Source of the DNA: a virus
Lineage: Duplodnaviria > Caudoviricetes
Strand: one strand, 5' to 3'
Length of the DNA: 64,000 nt
Virus record (IMG/VR): IMGVR_UViG_3300043812_000016
Coordinates: 64,001-128,000 of that record
Translations under genes and position numbers: made by a program
The notes under the pieces: model-generated
What the model was told of the DNA's origin: nothing
Databases searched by the model: none
What the model saw: only the letters and a program-made list of their open reading frames with translations
In this document: positions 19,865-28,996 of the stretch, in pieces
Position numbering within the stretch: the first letter of the stretch is position 1
Layout of the letters: every line of letters starts with the position of its first letter

Positions 19865-22800
19865 TTGCCAAAAATAGATATTGGTGCTTATCGACAAGTA
19901 GCAAGTAAAAAGAAGAAACCTTTTCATGTAGACTCTAAGTCTGCTGGACAAGCACTAGATCATAAACAAATTAAATCACATATAGATGTAGGTGCTTATG
20001 GTGGAGTATCAGACGCTTATAAGAATAAAGGTCATAAGTCTGGTTCTTCTAAAGGCGGGGACGATAAAGATATTTCAAAGGCTGATGAAAACTATAAACA
20101 AATAATGCAGGAGTCTTTGAATTTAAGACAAACTCCTACCCCTCGTTATCCTACTCATATAGACCATAAGCCGGGTGATATAGCTAAATATGGTTCTATT
20201 TCAACGTCTGGTTATTTACAGGTAACGGTAGCAACTATTTCGGGTACTTATCCTTTAGTCCCCCGTTCTGTGTCTCATCAAATTCCAGATGATACACAAG
20301 ATAAATTAATTGCTGATCTAATTTCAGTGCAAGTACAAAATGATATGCAAAATGATATTCCAACTTTGACTATGATTTTAGGCAATAGTCATGATTGGTC
20401 TTCCCTTTTTGCTGTTAATGATTTAATTCGGGTAGACTATATCTTACCAGACAAACAGTATCGTCAATTTGATAAGTGTATTTATACTGGTTTAGTTTCT
20501 AATTTAACTCGTAATGCTAATTACAATGGAGCGCAAGAAACTTATACGGTTGTAGGTCAAGGTATGGCTAAGATTATGAGTAATATTCAGTTGTCTACTT
20601 TTTCTGATTTACAGTCTAACCTTAATGGTTATCAACTGCTCCCAGACGATGAAAAGACGGGGATTGGTTTTAAGCAACATACGTCTGCTAATATTATTAA
20701 GCAGATTATTAATCGATTTGTTTTGCAAAACCAAGGTGGAGTAAATACCTATGATTACTTAAATGGTCAAGGTGGTCGAGATATTACTGATCGGGCTACT
20801 CCAGTTAAAGCAGGTGTAGTTAATGATTTTATGGGTCAACCAAAGAGCCAAGCTGATTATCAAGCTTATTTAGATTCTTTACCAGATAAGAATGGTAATA
20901 CCGCCGATGGTTCAGACCAGAATTCAGATACAGACCAGAATGGGAAGAATAATGATCCAGAAACTAATAATCAAGTTAGTTGGTTAAATATCCCCATGCA
21001 GGTATCGGAAAATGGAGAATTACCTATTCAGAACTTAATTGAGTTTTATATCTACGAGAATTTAGACGAGTCCTACCCAGACGCAGGCCCAAGCAATCCA
21101 TTCTTAAATTATAATGGTTCCATTCTCCAGTTTATTAAAGACGTTTCTGCTAAGCCTTTTAATGAAATGTATTGGACGCACGATCGTGGGTTAGCTACTT
21201 TTAATTACCGCCCTACACCGTTTGATCCCGAAAATTGGATGGGCTTGCCTGTTAATGAAATTGCTCCCGGTGATATTATGAGCGTTAATATTCAAAACAA
21301 TGACCAAGAGCAGGCTTCGATCTTTAAGCTTACGCCTACACAAGGTATGGGGATAGATCAGTATGACGGAGGCTTTACAGGGAATATGGCACCATTAACT
21401 AATATGGAGCTTATTCACCGTTATGGTTATAAGTTAATGAATGTACAAGTTGATTACTTTAATGGTAATAAACAAGAGGATCCACTGTCACAAGTAACAG
21501 CAGGGACGACTAATGCAGACAGTGAAGCTATGAAAGGGTGGACTCAAGAAGAAGCTATGCTTCATGCTCCTTATTACACATCTGTAGTTGATGCTTTTTA
21601 TTATACTAGTGGACGTAAGGCTAACGGAGAAGATATTTCTATTCCTAAAGAAGCTGGTGGATCTGCTCAGTATAATGCTGTAAATGAAGCGATTAAAGCT
21701 TCTGGTAATGCTTATGATTTTGCTCGTTCGGTTGCTGGGTTAGGAATTAGTCAAGAAGACGCTAATACACTATGGACAATGCGTAATCACTTTAATCGCA
21801 CTAGCTACCTTAGTGTGATGATGCCTAATTACACTCCTACTAATACAGCTATTTCTAAGAATTCTAAGTATTTAAAGAGTTATGATCGGATGGCTAAAAA
21901 CCCTGAAAAAGCGGCTGGTGAGTTGATTGACGAAATGGGTTATACAATTGGACCAGAACAGGCTTGGGAAATTGTACAGTCTGCTTTAGCTAATGGGGGT
22001 AAGCCTAGTGAGGCTGATTATGACCGGATTATGAATTCAGTTCCTTTTGACCAAGGACATGATGGTATTAATGGATCACCAGATAGTGGTCAGCAATCTG
22101 TACCTTTCTTATTCCTTAGATATACCCAGAAATTATTTGATTGGTACGCAGATAATGCTAAGTTCTATTCTGGCACGATTACTTTAGGATCGCTTTCTAC
22201 ACCAATGGTAGATTGGATTGGTGAGCGGGTAATGTTTTATGATGACCCTTCTGGTGTCTGGTGGGAATTTTATTGTGAAGGTGTGACTACTAGTTGGAGT
22301 TATGCTAATGGACTACAAGTTACATTGAATGTTACTCGTGGTGTTCCTTTAAGATCTGAAACAGATGACTTTTATCGTAGATTTACTGAACCATGGAGTT
22401 TTAAGGGTAAGTTTACTCGTTTCCTTGGTGGCTACTTTGGTGAGCAAAATCTTGCTACTGCTATTTCCAATGCAAGTAAAGATAGTGGAGGAGATAGTGG
22501 AGGAAAAGGTTCGGGAGACCTCATAGAAAAAGCTAAGGATATTATGAATAATGAAAACTGGAGCTATTCACAACCTATGCGTACAGATTTTCGCAAGAAT
22601 GGTCATGCAGATTGTTCAAGCTTTGTTTGGTATGTATGTAATGCTTGTGGGTATGATGTAGGTTCATCTGCCTTTACAACTTATACAGAACCTAGTATTT
22701 TAGATGAAATTAGTGCTGATGATACTGGTTCAGGGTCTATTGTTGTTAATGATAATGGTGGTAATTCACACACTGCTTTTCTTGAAGAGAAGTGGAAGGG

Positions 22801-22936
22801 TGATGATACAGCAATTATTAATATGGGTGGTCGAGACAATCACGGTGGACCTAGTGGAGATGTTAATGAAGATACCTATGGAATGGCTTTTGCTAAAGGT
22901 GGGTCAATAAAATTTTATAAGCCAAAAAAGAAGTAA
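19865..22936 (+). CDS. Baseplate hub/tail-associated lysin with C-terminal NlpC/P60-like peptidase
   Basis: Hub-like N-terminus (YTGLVS...VVGQGMAK; KPFNEMYW; TQKLFDWYADNAKFYSGTITL). C-terminal YSQ..R...ADCSSFV...HTA Cys-His dyad. RBS GGGGTG favours TTG 19865. Confidence 0.82.
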   Translation: MPKIDIGAYRQVASKKKKPFHVDSKSAGQALDHKQIKSHIDVGAYGGVSDAYKNKGHKSGSSKGGDDKDISKADENYKQIMQESLNLRQTPTPRYPTHIDHKPGDIAKYGSISTSGYLQVTVATISGTYPLVPRSVSHQIPDDTQDKLIADLISVQVQNDMQNDIPTLTMILGNSHDWSSLFAVNDLIRVDYILPDKQYRQFDKCIYTGLVSNLTRNANYNGAQETYTVVGQGMAKIMSNIQLSTFSDLQSNLNGYQLLPDDEKTGIGFKQHTSANIIKQIINRFVLQNQGGVNTYDYLNGQGGRDITDRATPVKAGVVNDFMGQPKSQADYQAYLDSLPDKNGNTADGSDQNSDTDQNGKNNDPETNNQVSWLNIPMQVSENGELPIQNLIEFYIYENLDESYPDAGPSNPFLNYNGSILQFIKDVSAKPFNEMYWTHDRGLATFNYRPTPFDPENWMGLPVNEIAPGDIMSVNIQNNDQEQASIFKLTPTQGMGIDQYDGGFTGNMAPLTNMELIHRYGYKLMNVQVDYFNGNKQEDPLSQVTAGTTNADSEAMKGWTQEEAMLHAPYYTSVVDAFYYTSGRKANGEDISIPKEAGGSAQYNAVNEAIKASGNAYDFARSVAGLGISQEDANTLWTMRNHFNRTSYLSVMMPNYTPTNTAISKNSKYLKSYDRMAKNPEKAAGELIDEMGYTIGPEQAWEIVQSALANGGKPSEADYDRIMNSVPFDQGHDGINGSPDSGQQSVPFLFLRYTQKLFDWYADNAKFYSGTITLGSLSTPMVDWIGERVMFYDDPSGVWWEFYCEGVTTSWSYANGLQVTLNVTRGVPLRSETDDFYRRFTEPWSFKGKFTRFLGGYFGEQNLATAISNASKDSGGDSGGKGSGDLIEKAKDIMNNENWSYSQPMRTDFRKNGHADCSSFVWYVCNACGYDVGSSAFTTYTEPSILDEISADDTGSGSIVVNDNGGNSHTAFLEEKWKGDDTAIINMGGRDNHGGPSGDVNEDTYGMAFAKGGSIKFYKPKKK

Positions 22937-22955
22937 AGTTGGATTGATTTTTACT

Positions 22956-22991
22956 AAGAAATAGAGGAATTAGATTCTCTATTTCTTTTTT
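22956..22991 (+). terminator. Terminator
   Basis: AAGAAATAGAG...CTCTATTTCTT followed by a T-run. Confidence 0.85.
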
Positions 22992-23006
22992 ATTTTTGTA
23001 TTTTTT

Positions 23007-23048
23007 GTACAAAAGTAGTTGAAAATTCAACTAAAAGTGTTATACTTA
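23007..23048 (+). promoter_or_regulatory. SigA-type promoter with a palindromic operator (copy 2)
   Basis: AAAAGTAGTTGAAAATTCAACTAAAAGTGTTATACTTA is identical to copy 1. Confidence 0.75.
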
Positions 23049-23078
23049 AAACATGAATTAGGGAAAGGAAGCATAACA

Positions 23079-23591
23079 ATGAAGAAAGGTAGTACATCTG
23101 ATTTAGTAGAAGATATTAATAAGAAATATGATCCAGAAACGATTAAGAAAACGTTGATTAAGTTTCAGCAATTGCAAGAATTGGGTTGGGAGATTATCAT
23201 TGATCCTGTAGAGAATGAGGCTTATAGTATTAAATCTGATGATGAAACAAAAATTGTTTATCGTCCTTATGTATATGCGCCTGATCGACATGGTGAAGAT
23301 TATATCTTGAACTTAGATACTTCTTTTGACTCATATTATAGTTATTTACAATGTTTAGTTGATACTGTTAAGGCTGTTTCTAAGTTAGATAATCATTATA
23401 ATTGTCCTTATTGCTCTATGATTAATGGAGAAGGTAAAAAGATAGAAATTGATAAAGATTCTTATATGAGATATAAGACTGATGGTGATATTATAAGGTT
23501 GATCGTTTATCGGAGTGATACTATTGAACCCGAAGAGGTACAGGATATTGACTCTAGTTATTGTATGATTTGTGGGAGGAAATTATCATGA
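23079..23591 (+). CDS. Hypothetical protein with split Zn-finger (CPYC...CMICG)
   Basis: RBS AAAGGA before ATG 23079. First gene of the small-gene island. Confidence 0.7.
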   Translation: MKKGSTSDLVEDINKKYDPETIKKTLIKFQQLQELGWEIIIDPVENEAYSIKSDDETKIVYRPYVYAPDRHGEDYILNLDTSFDSYYSYLQCLVDTVKAVSKLDNHYNCPYCSMINGEGKKIEIDKDSYMRYKTDGDIIRLIVYRSDTIEPEEVQDIDSSYCMICGRKLS

Positions 23592-23920
23592 GTAATCAAA
23601 AACCAAAAGGTGTTGGGGACGTAAAGATTACCCAAAAAGACGTAGATAATTTTTTCAATTCTATCCACACGGACGCTTTAGTAGACAGTATTAAGATGTC
23701 TTATAAACCAACTTTTAAAGTTAAAATTATAGAAGAAGTTCCTAATTATGCTCCTACTTGGGAAGATATAGAAAAGGATAATATTACTCATCATTATACC
23801 TTAGAGGAAGAGGTTAATGAATTTATTAGGGATAAAGAGGTAATTAGTATCCAGTATTATTCTTATCCAAAGAAGAGTGTTTTGATTACTTATAAGGAGT
23901 ATGATAATGAAAAAGCATGA
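23588..23920 (+). CDS. Hypothetical protein
   Basis: RBS GGAGG and ATGA overlap. Confidence 0.7.
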   Translation: MSNQKPKGVGDVKITQKDVDNFFNSIHTDALVDSIKMSYKPTFKVKIIEEVPNYAPTWEDIEKDNITHHYTLEEEVNEFIRDKEVISIQYYSYPKKSVLITYKEYDNEKA

Positions 23921-24068
23921 TCTTTATATGAAAATTGTATTTACTTTAATGGTTATATGTATTTTCGTTGGGTTTAGTATTATGCTCTTTTTTAAGAGTT
24001 TTGTAGGTATTTTTATTGAATTTTTAGCATTAGTTGTATTATGGATTGCAGTAATATGGGATTCTTAG
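23907..24068 (+). CDS. Small two-TM membrane protein (53 aa, absent from the ORF track)
   Basis: RBS AAGGAG. MKKHDLYMKIVFTLMVICIFVGFSIMLFFKSFVGIFIEFLALVVLWIAVIWDS fills the gap between its neighbours. Confidence 0.65.
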   Translation: MKKHDLYMKIVFTLMVICIFVGFSIMLFFKSFVGIFIEFLALVVLWIAVIWDS

Positions 24069-24080
24069 GAGGGGCTATTA

Positions 24081-24293
24081 ATGAAGAAGTTAACTAAATT
24101 ACAACAGATTTGTCCTTATTGTCATTCATATGCAGAAGAGGAAAAATTAGATGTAAGCCCCAGTGGTGATTGCTGGTTAAGTATGTCTATGTGTGGGATG
24201 GTTGAGTATCATCTAAATGATATTACGATAGGAGCAAGTGAAAAATTTGGATTTTGTCCTATGTGTGGAAGGAGTTTGTCCGATGTTGAATAA
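24081..24293 (+). CDS. Small Zn-finger protein (CPYCH...CPMCGR)
   Basis: RBS GGAGG. Two CxxC pairs. Confidence 0.7.
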   Translation: MKKLTKLQQICPYCHSYAEEEKLDVSPSGDCWLSMSMCGMVEYHLNDITIGASEKFGFCPMCGRSLSDVE

Positions 24294-24579
24294 ATTAGAA
24301 AAAAAGTTAAAACAATTAGATCAACACTTGAGTTGTAAAGTTGTTACTAAAGATGAAGGTAAGTCTAAGTTAGTTGGTAATACTTTAATTATGTCTCAGC
24401 ATAGTGCTGGTGACGTTTTAATTAAATACGATAGTAACGTGATTCTAAAGCTAACAGATGTTAATGAAACCCCCGCTATAAGGATTATGCTTGACTATGT
24501 TGATAAGGATAACGCAGAATTACTTTCAACATTAATTAAGTTGTGTAGTATTTATTTACCAGATAGTGAGGAGGATTAA
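24283..24579 (+). CDS. Hypothetical protein
   Basis: RBS AAGGAG before ATG 24283. Confidence 0.65.
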   Translation: MLNKLEKKLKQLDQHLSCKVVTKDEGKSKLVGNTLIMSQHSAGDVLIKYDSNVILKLTDVNETPAIRIMLDYVDKDNAELLSTLIKLCSIYLPDSEED

Positions 24580-24833
24580 TGATACACAAGTACAGAAAGA
24601 TAGTTCCAATTAAAGCTGAGCAATTTAAAGCTACTAATAAACAGATAAGTGATTATCATATTGGCTTAGAGCGAAGCCGGGGTCATCATCACCAAGTTAA
24701 GTCCTATTATTTACCTACTAAAGAGGGGGAAATGTTATTGCATATTGGTGATTATATTGCTACCGGTGTTGAGGATGAGCATTGGGCTGTTGCTAAAGAT
24801 ATATTTGAGAAAACATATGAAAGGGTGGAATAA
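24579..24833 (+). CDS. Conserved phage protein (PGDYG-like: KYRK..IKAEQF...T.EGEM....GDYI..G...E.W....IFEKTYE)
   Basis: Recognisable motif pattern of a widespread small phage protein family. Confidence 0.7.
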   Translation: MIHKYRKIVPIKAEQFKATNKQISDYHIGLERSRGHHHQVKSYYLPTKEGEMLLHIGDYIATGVEDEHWAVAKDIFEKTYERVE

Positions 24834-25027
24834 TGAAGTTTTTAGAGGGTTTAAGCTTTGGCTGGTGGTCCAGTGGGTTATTATTTTGGGTACTAGTCCT
24901 TATGATTGATTCACCGATTAGCTGTAGTTATAAAACTTTAGCAATTATACTTTTAACTCTTGAGGCTATAATCTTTTTTGTTGGTCTTGGAGTTTGGGTT
25001 TATCTTATGTGGAGGTCTAAGAAATGA
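24833..25027 (+). CDS. Small membrane protein
   Basis: Two hydrophobic segments. Coupled start/stop overlaps. Confidence 0.65.
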   Translation: MKFLEGLSFGWWSSGLLFWVLVLMIDSPISCSYKTLAIILLTLEAIIFFVGLGVWVYLMWRSKK

Positions 25028-25290
25028 CTAAAGTTAAAGTAAAGAAAACACGCAAGTTTCATTCAGCAGAGGCTTGGATTGTAAAAGATTGTCAAGGCAA
25101 TTATGTAACGTCTGTAGAGTTCTTATGAGATACGCCTAAGAATGTTAAGACTGCTTATTATAATAAGCCTGCGTTTGATATTCTTAAATTCGGACAAATT
25201 TGTGTGTTTAATAATTATTTAGAAGCTTGTGCAGTTGCTAATGAATGCGGTGGTAAGGTCTATGAATTAGGATTAATTAAAGTGAGGTAG
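25024..25290 (+). pseudogene. Small gene (88 codons) with one in-frame TGA at 25126-25128
   Basis: RBS GGAGG and ATGA overlap. The frame stays open after the TGA up to the TAG beside the next RBS. Confidence 0.55.
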
Positions 25291-25296
25291 GCTAAA

Positions 25297-25761
25297 ATGG
25301 GTATAGAAGATTTTATTAATCATTTAAGAAGACTTGAAATAAGTGTATGTAGGTTAGATGGTACTCGCTATATTTTACATACTAAGTACACTAAAAGTGC
25401 TTTTTTAGTTATTAATTTAGATTCAGAAGAGCTTGTAGAAAGCTGTCATTGGAATAATTTAAGTCATATAGACTATGGATGCTTATTGTTAGTGATGAAT
25501 GAGATAGAAGACTTTAGAAAGACACCTATTAATTTGCGTTCAAAATTAAAAGAGTATACTATCCAAGTATTAATTGGTAATTCTCAAGGTTATCTTAAAT
25601 ATTATTTACCAGATAGAGAATTTTCTATTGGTAGCAGTATTAAGTCAGACAATTATCAAATTGCTTTTACTAAAGATGAAATCGAAGGATTTAAAAAACG
25701 TAATGATATTGCTGTTGATTGGAATAAAGCAATAATTAAGGAGGTAGACGAAGATGATTAA
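25297..25761 (+). CDS. Hypothetical protein
   Basis: ORF with RBS GAGG. Confidence 0.7.
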   Translation: MGIEDFINHLRRLEISVCRLDGTRYILHTKYTKSAFLVINLDSEELVESCHWNNLSHIDYGCLLLVMNEIEDFRKTPINLRSKLKEYTIQVLIGNSQGYLKYYLPDREFSIGSSIKSDNYQIAFTKDEIEGFKKRNDIAVDWNKAIIKEVDEDD

Positions 25762-26245
25762 ATATAACAGGAAAGATCATATCTTAGAAGTTGATACTCC
25801 TACTAATAAGTTTGAATTAGATCAAGCCGATTTATCTTCTTTACGACAAGCTTTATCTGATTTACCTGCTCATAATTCAAGTGAATTAATTAATTTAAAT
25901 TATTTGAAAGACTTATACAGTAATCATCAAAAGTATCTTACTTATTTAGCTTATAATATGGTCTATAATTTAATCTTAAAATACATCTATGAGGATTTTA
26001 ATATATCTAAATGGTACATTCCCTATGATTACGAGGGTGTGGCATCTTTTTCAGGTAGTGAATTGATTCCCGGATATAAAGATACCATTTTATGGGGAGG
26101 TATTCCTGATAAGCTTATTTTGGAACAAGCTGAATTAGTTTTAAAAGACTTAGAATCTCATGGAATTAAGATTAAAAACTCTTATACCGAAGATGGTGAA
26201 TTGATAGTATATGTAGACGAAAGTATTTTTAAGGATGGTAAATAA
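25754..26245 (+). CDS. Hypothetical protein
   Basis: ORF with RBS GGAGG. Confidence 0.7.
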   Translation: MIKYNRKDHILEVDTPTNKFELDQADLSSLRQALSDLPAHNSSELINLNYLKDLYSNHQKYLTYLAYNMVYNLILKYIYEDFNISKWYIPYDYEGVASFSGSELIPGYKDTILWGGIPDKLILEQAELVLKDLESHGIKIKNSYTEDGELIVYVDESIFKDGK

Positions 26246-26247
26246 TT

Positions 26248-26781
26248 ATGTATGCACTTTATAATACAAAGACTGGTAATTATGTAAAATCAATTGGTAC
26301 TTCTGCTTTTGATAATGCGAAGATTTATTCTGAAACGGCTATGCTGGCTGAAGTTCCTTTTCTTAGTAAAGATCTTTATACAGCAGACCAGTTAAAGAAT
26401 TTTAACACCCTAGCTAATATGGCTGATAACACTTTAGGTAATAAGGCTGTATCAATTGAAGATTCACTTAATTGGGGGTTAAATAAGGTAAGTTCTCTGC
26501 TTTATTCTACTACCCGTGATATTTATAATAAGGATCTTATTAAAGGTGAAGATTTGGGGTCATTAACAGACACTTTTATTTCAATGATGTCTAGCTATCT
26601 TGATTTTGACGTTAATGCTTATCTAAAGGATAAAGCTACTTATTTAGCTACTTTTAATGGACCAATTAATGATGAATTGGCTAAGAAAGCACAAGAAGCT
26701 CAGAATGCTAAGAAACAAGCACAGGCTGAGAATGATCAGAAGCAAGCTGAGATTGACGCAAAGAATAAAGTAAAGGATTAA
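26248..26781 (+). CDS. Hypothetical protein (paralog of the next gene)
   Basis: Shares YALYN.K...VK, YT...L..F and DFD...Y..DK..YL with 26798-27247. Confidence 0.7.
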   Translation: MYALYNTKTGNYVKSIGTSAFDNAKIYSETAMLAEVPFLSKDLYTADQLKNFNTLANMADNTLGNKAVSIEDSLNWGLNKVSSLLYSTTRDIYNKDLIKGEDLGSLTDTFISMMSSYLDFDVNAYLKDKATYLATFNGPINDELAKKAQEAQNAKKQAQAENDQKQAEIDAKNKVKD

Positions 26782-26797
26782 GGTAGGGTGTTAAACT

Positions 26798-27247
26798 ATG
26801 AAATATGCTCTTTATAACAATAAGGAAAATAAGTTTGTTAAGCTTTTAGCTACTCGAATGCTAAGTCATGAAACTATTTATGAATTAACATCTGATGTGG
26901 AAGAAGTTAAAGAATTGACTGATAAGCCATATACAGAAGCAGAACTACATCATTTTGAAGAAGTAGCTGGAGTAGAAAAAGGGTCTTTTGAAAATTACAA
27001 ATTAAGTATGCAAGATGAGGAGGCTTATACGGTATATAATGCAGGAGACAAAGCTTTGCAATCTATCCATGATTATTTGTGTATGTTAGATCCTCGTAAT
27101 GTAGATGGTATTGCCGATTTTGTAGATCGGATTCAGTTGGCTATTTATAATGTGACTGACTTTGATATGGAAGAATATTTTGAAGATAAAGATTATTATT
27201 TAGATGATTTAAGAGGGGAGAATGACTGGGACAATGAAGATGATTAG
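26798..27247 (+). CDS. Hypothetical protein (paralog of the previous gene)
   Basis: Shares the same three motifs with 26248-26781. Confidence 0.7.
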   Translation: MKYALYNNKENKFVKLLATRMLSHETIYELTSDVEEVKELTDKPYTEAELHHFEEVAGVEKGSFENYKLSMQDEEAYTVYNAGDKALQSIHDYLCMLDPRNVDGIADFVDRIQLAIYNVTDFDMEEYFEDKDYYLDDLRGENDWDNEDD

Positions 27248-27581
27248 CCTAGTAGTTGGGTTATTATGTATTATTCTTATCCTATCTGTTGCTTATCTTA
27301 TTAAGAGAGTAAATAAGCTAATTGACTATGTTTTAGGTAAAGATGATTCACTTATCAATCTTAGTGTTCCTGATACGTCATATATTGAATTACCAGACTA
27401 TCTTTTCGTGCTATCAGTTTTTAGTAAACCTATTAATGACCGTATAATTATTGGGGTCTATAGCAGTAGTGATAAGGCAAAAGAACGACTTAACTATTAT
27501 AAAAAGTCATTTAGACATCCTGAAAATTATACAGATTATCGAATTGACCCTATTCCTAATAATTTAGAGGAGGATAAGTAG
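27240..27581 (+). CDS. Membrane-anchored hypothetical protein
   Basis: N-terminal TM helix. Start uncertain (27222, 27234 or 27240). Confidence 0.65.
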   Translation: MISLVVGLLCIILILSVAYLIKRVNKLIDYVLGKDDSLINLSVPDTSYIELPDYLFVLSVFSKPINDRIIIGVYSSSDKAKERLNYYKKSFRHPENYTDYRIDPIPNNLEEDK

Positions 27582-28102
27582 TGGAATATTTATTTGCTAT
27601 CTTTTTGGGTGGGGTAATGTTTGGTGTAGGCTTATCTGGACTAGTTAAGTTTATTTTAGTTATATTTAATAATAAGAAAGGAAACTCTAAACCTAAGTCT
27701 GTTACTTATGATGATAAAACTCTTATTAAGAAGTCATATCCTCTTGTTAGTACTCATTATACCGCACAGGAGATCAAGGATAGAGTTCATGACAATCGAG
27801 ATCAGCATAGACAAGACGTTGTGGACGTTTTCTTTAGTCAATTAAACTTTGCAATTAGTCATGACTATTTAGGATCATCTTATGTAATAAATGTTGACTT
27901 ATACGAGAGAGCCAGTCTTCCTGATGTTTTCATTTCTTCTAAGGACTTAGAATTTTTGAGATTATATTTATCTATTTATTATGGATTTGATACAAAGATC
28001 GAAAAACAAAGTGGCTATCACGATGTTGATTATTTATTTTTAATAGTATCTTGGGAAGATCCTAAAGTACCCTTGATTGTTTTTAATAAAGGAGAAGATT
28101 AA
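27581..28102 (+). CDS. Membrane-anchored hypothetical protein
   Basis: N-terminal TM helix. RBS GGAGG. Confidence 0.65.
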   Translation: MEYLFAIFLGGVMFGVGLSGLVKFILVIFNNKKGNSKPKSVTYDDKTLIKKSYPLVSTHYTAQEIKDRVHDNRDQHRQDVVDVFFSQLNFAISHDYLGSSYVINVDLYERASLPDVFISSKDLEFLRLYLSIYYGFDTKIEKQSGYHDVDYLFLIVSWEDPKVPLIVFNKGED

Positions 28103-28629
28103 TGGTTATTAATGACTACAGTTTGATTATTGGTATCATTATTGGTATTTCTATTACTGTTATTATAGGCTTGATTGCTATAAATCGAGAACCTAAGGTT
28201 GAGTTGGAACCTCAAAAGGTTAAATTACCTGAGAAACAATCTTCTGATGATATAGCTTCAATAAAAAATGAGATAAGTAAGCTGTGGAACGCTCTTTCAG
28301 ATATTGGTCAAAAAAGCGAAAAGTTCTTTGATAGCTATAGTGATAGATTAGTAAGTGTTGAACAGCATATAGGTACTGATTTAAAGAACGATGATCCTCG
28401 TAGACATCTGCGTGTTAATGGGTTTAATCGTCCAGTTGTTTTTGTTGTTAATTATACATATAATGACGGATATGGCCCTTTTAATTGTTCTGATGCTTTT
28501 GCTTATAAAGAAGACGCTTATGCTTTTGTTAGAAAGTTAAAAGAATCCTTAGGTAGTGTAAAAGATATATCAATTAGTCCTATGATTGTTTATCTTGATA
28601 AGGATAAAACACTAGATAATGTGGATTAA
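28102..28629 (+). CDS. Membrane-anchored hypothetical protein
   Basis: N-terminal TM helix followed by a coiled coil. Confidence 0.65.
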   Translation: MVINDYSLIIGIIIGISITVIIGLIAINREPKVELEPQKVKLPEKQSSDDIASIKNEISKLWNALSDIGQKSEKFFDSYSDRLVSVEQHIGTDLKNDDPRRHLRVNGFNRPVVFVVNYTYNDGYGPFNCSDAFAYKEDAYAFVRKLKESLGSVKDISISPMIVYLDKDKTLDNVD

Positions 28630-28642
28630 TCTTTAGCAAAGG

Positions 28643-28767
28643 TTGACAACCATGGGTGTATGCTTTATACTAATAATGTTCCTTAATTCAGTAAGGAAAT
28701 TGTTTCAAACTTTTATCTGAATTCTTTGTTTGTTTTTCTTTGGCAGGGTTTGTCCCTGTTTTTTTTT
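28643..28767 (+). ncRNA. Candidate small RNA unit 2
   Basis: TTGACA-17 nt-TATACT promoter. 5' hairpin TTCCTTA-attcag-TAAGGAA. Terminator CAGGG-tttgt-CCCTG followed by T9. No ORF. Confidence 0.45.
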
Positions 28768-28777
28768 ATCTTAGCTA

Positions 28778-28934
28778 TTGTATTTTAATTAAAGTGTGAT
28801 ATACTATAATCATGGTTATGTTAATGAATTATTTAGTTTGACTGGCAGAGACTCGATAATTGTTATACATTACCTTCTTTATTAAGATTAGTCGATTAAA
28901 AGAGTGCTTATCCTGTTGGGTAGGCGCTCTTTTT
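28778..28934 (+). ncRNA. Candidate small RNA unit 3
   Basis: TTGTAT-16 nt-TATACT/TATAAT promoter. Strong terminator AGAGTGCTTATCC-tgtt-GGGTAGGCGCTCT followed by Ts. No ORF with an RBS. Confidence 0.42.
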
Positions 28935-28996
28935 ATTTTGTATATTGTAGATCATACCTGATGAAGTTATAATTAACTTGTATAGGAGGTTTTAAA

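Noticed and set aside
28851-28864. 14-nt complementarity between candidate sRNA 3 and tape measure 1 (AACAATTATCGAGT near 13006)
   Set aside because: The match is short, AT-rich and mid-CDS, so it could arise by chance.
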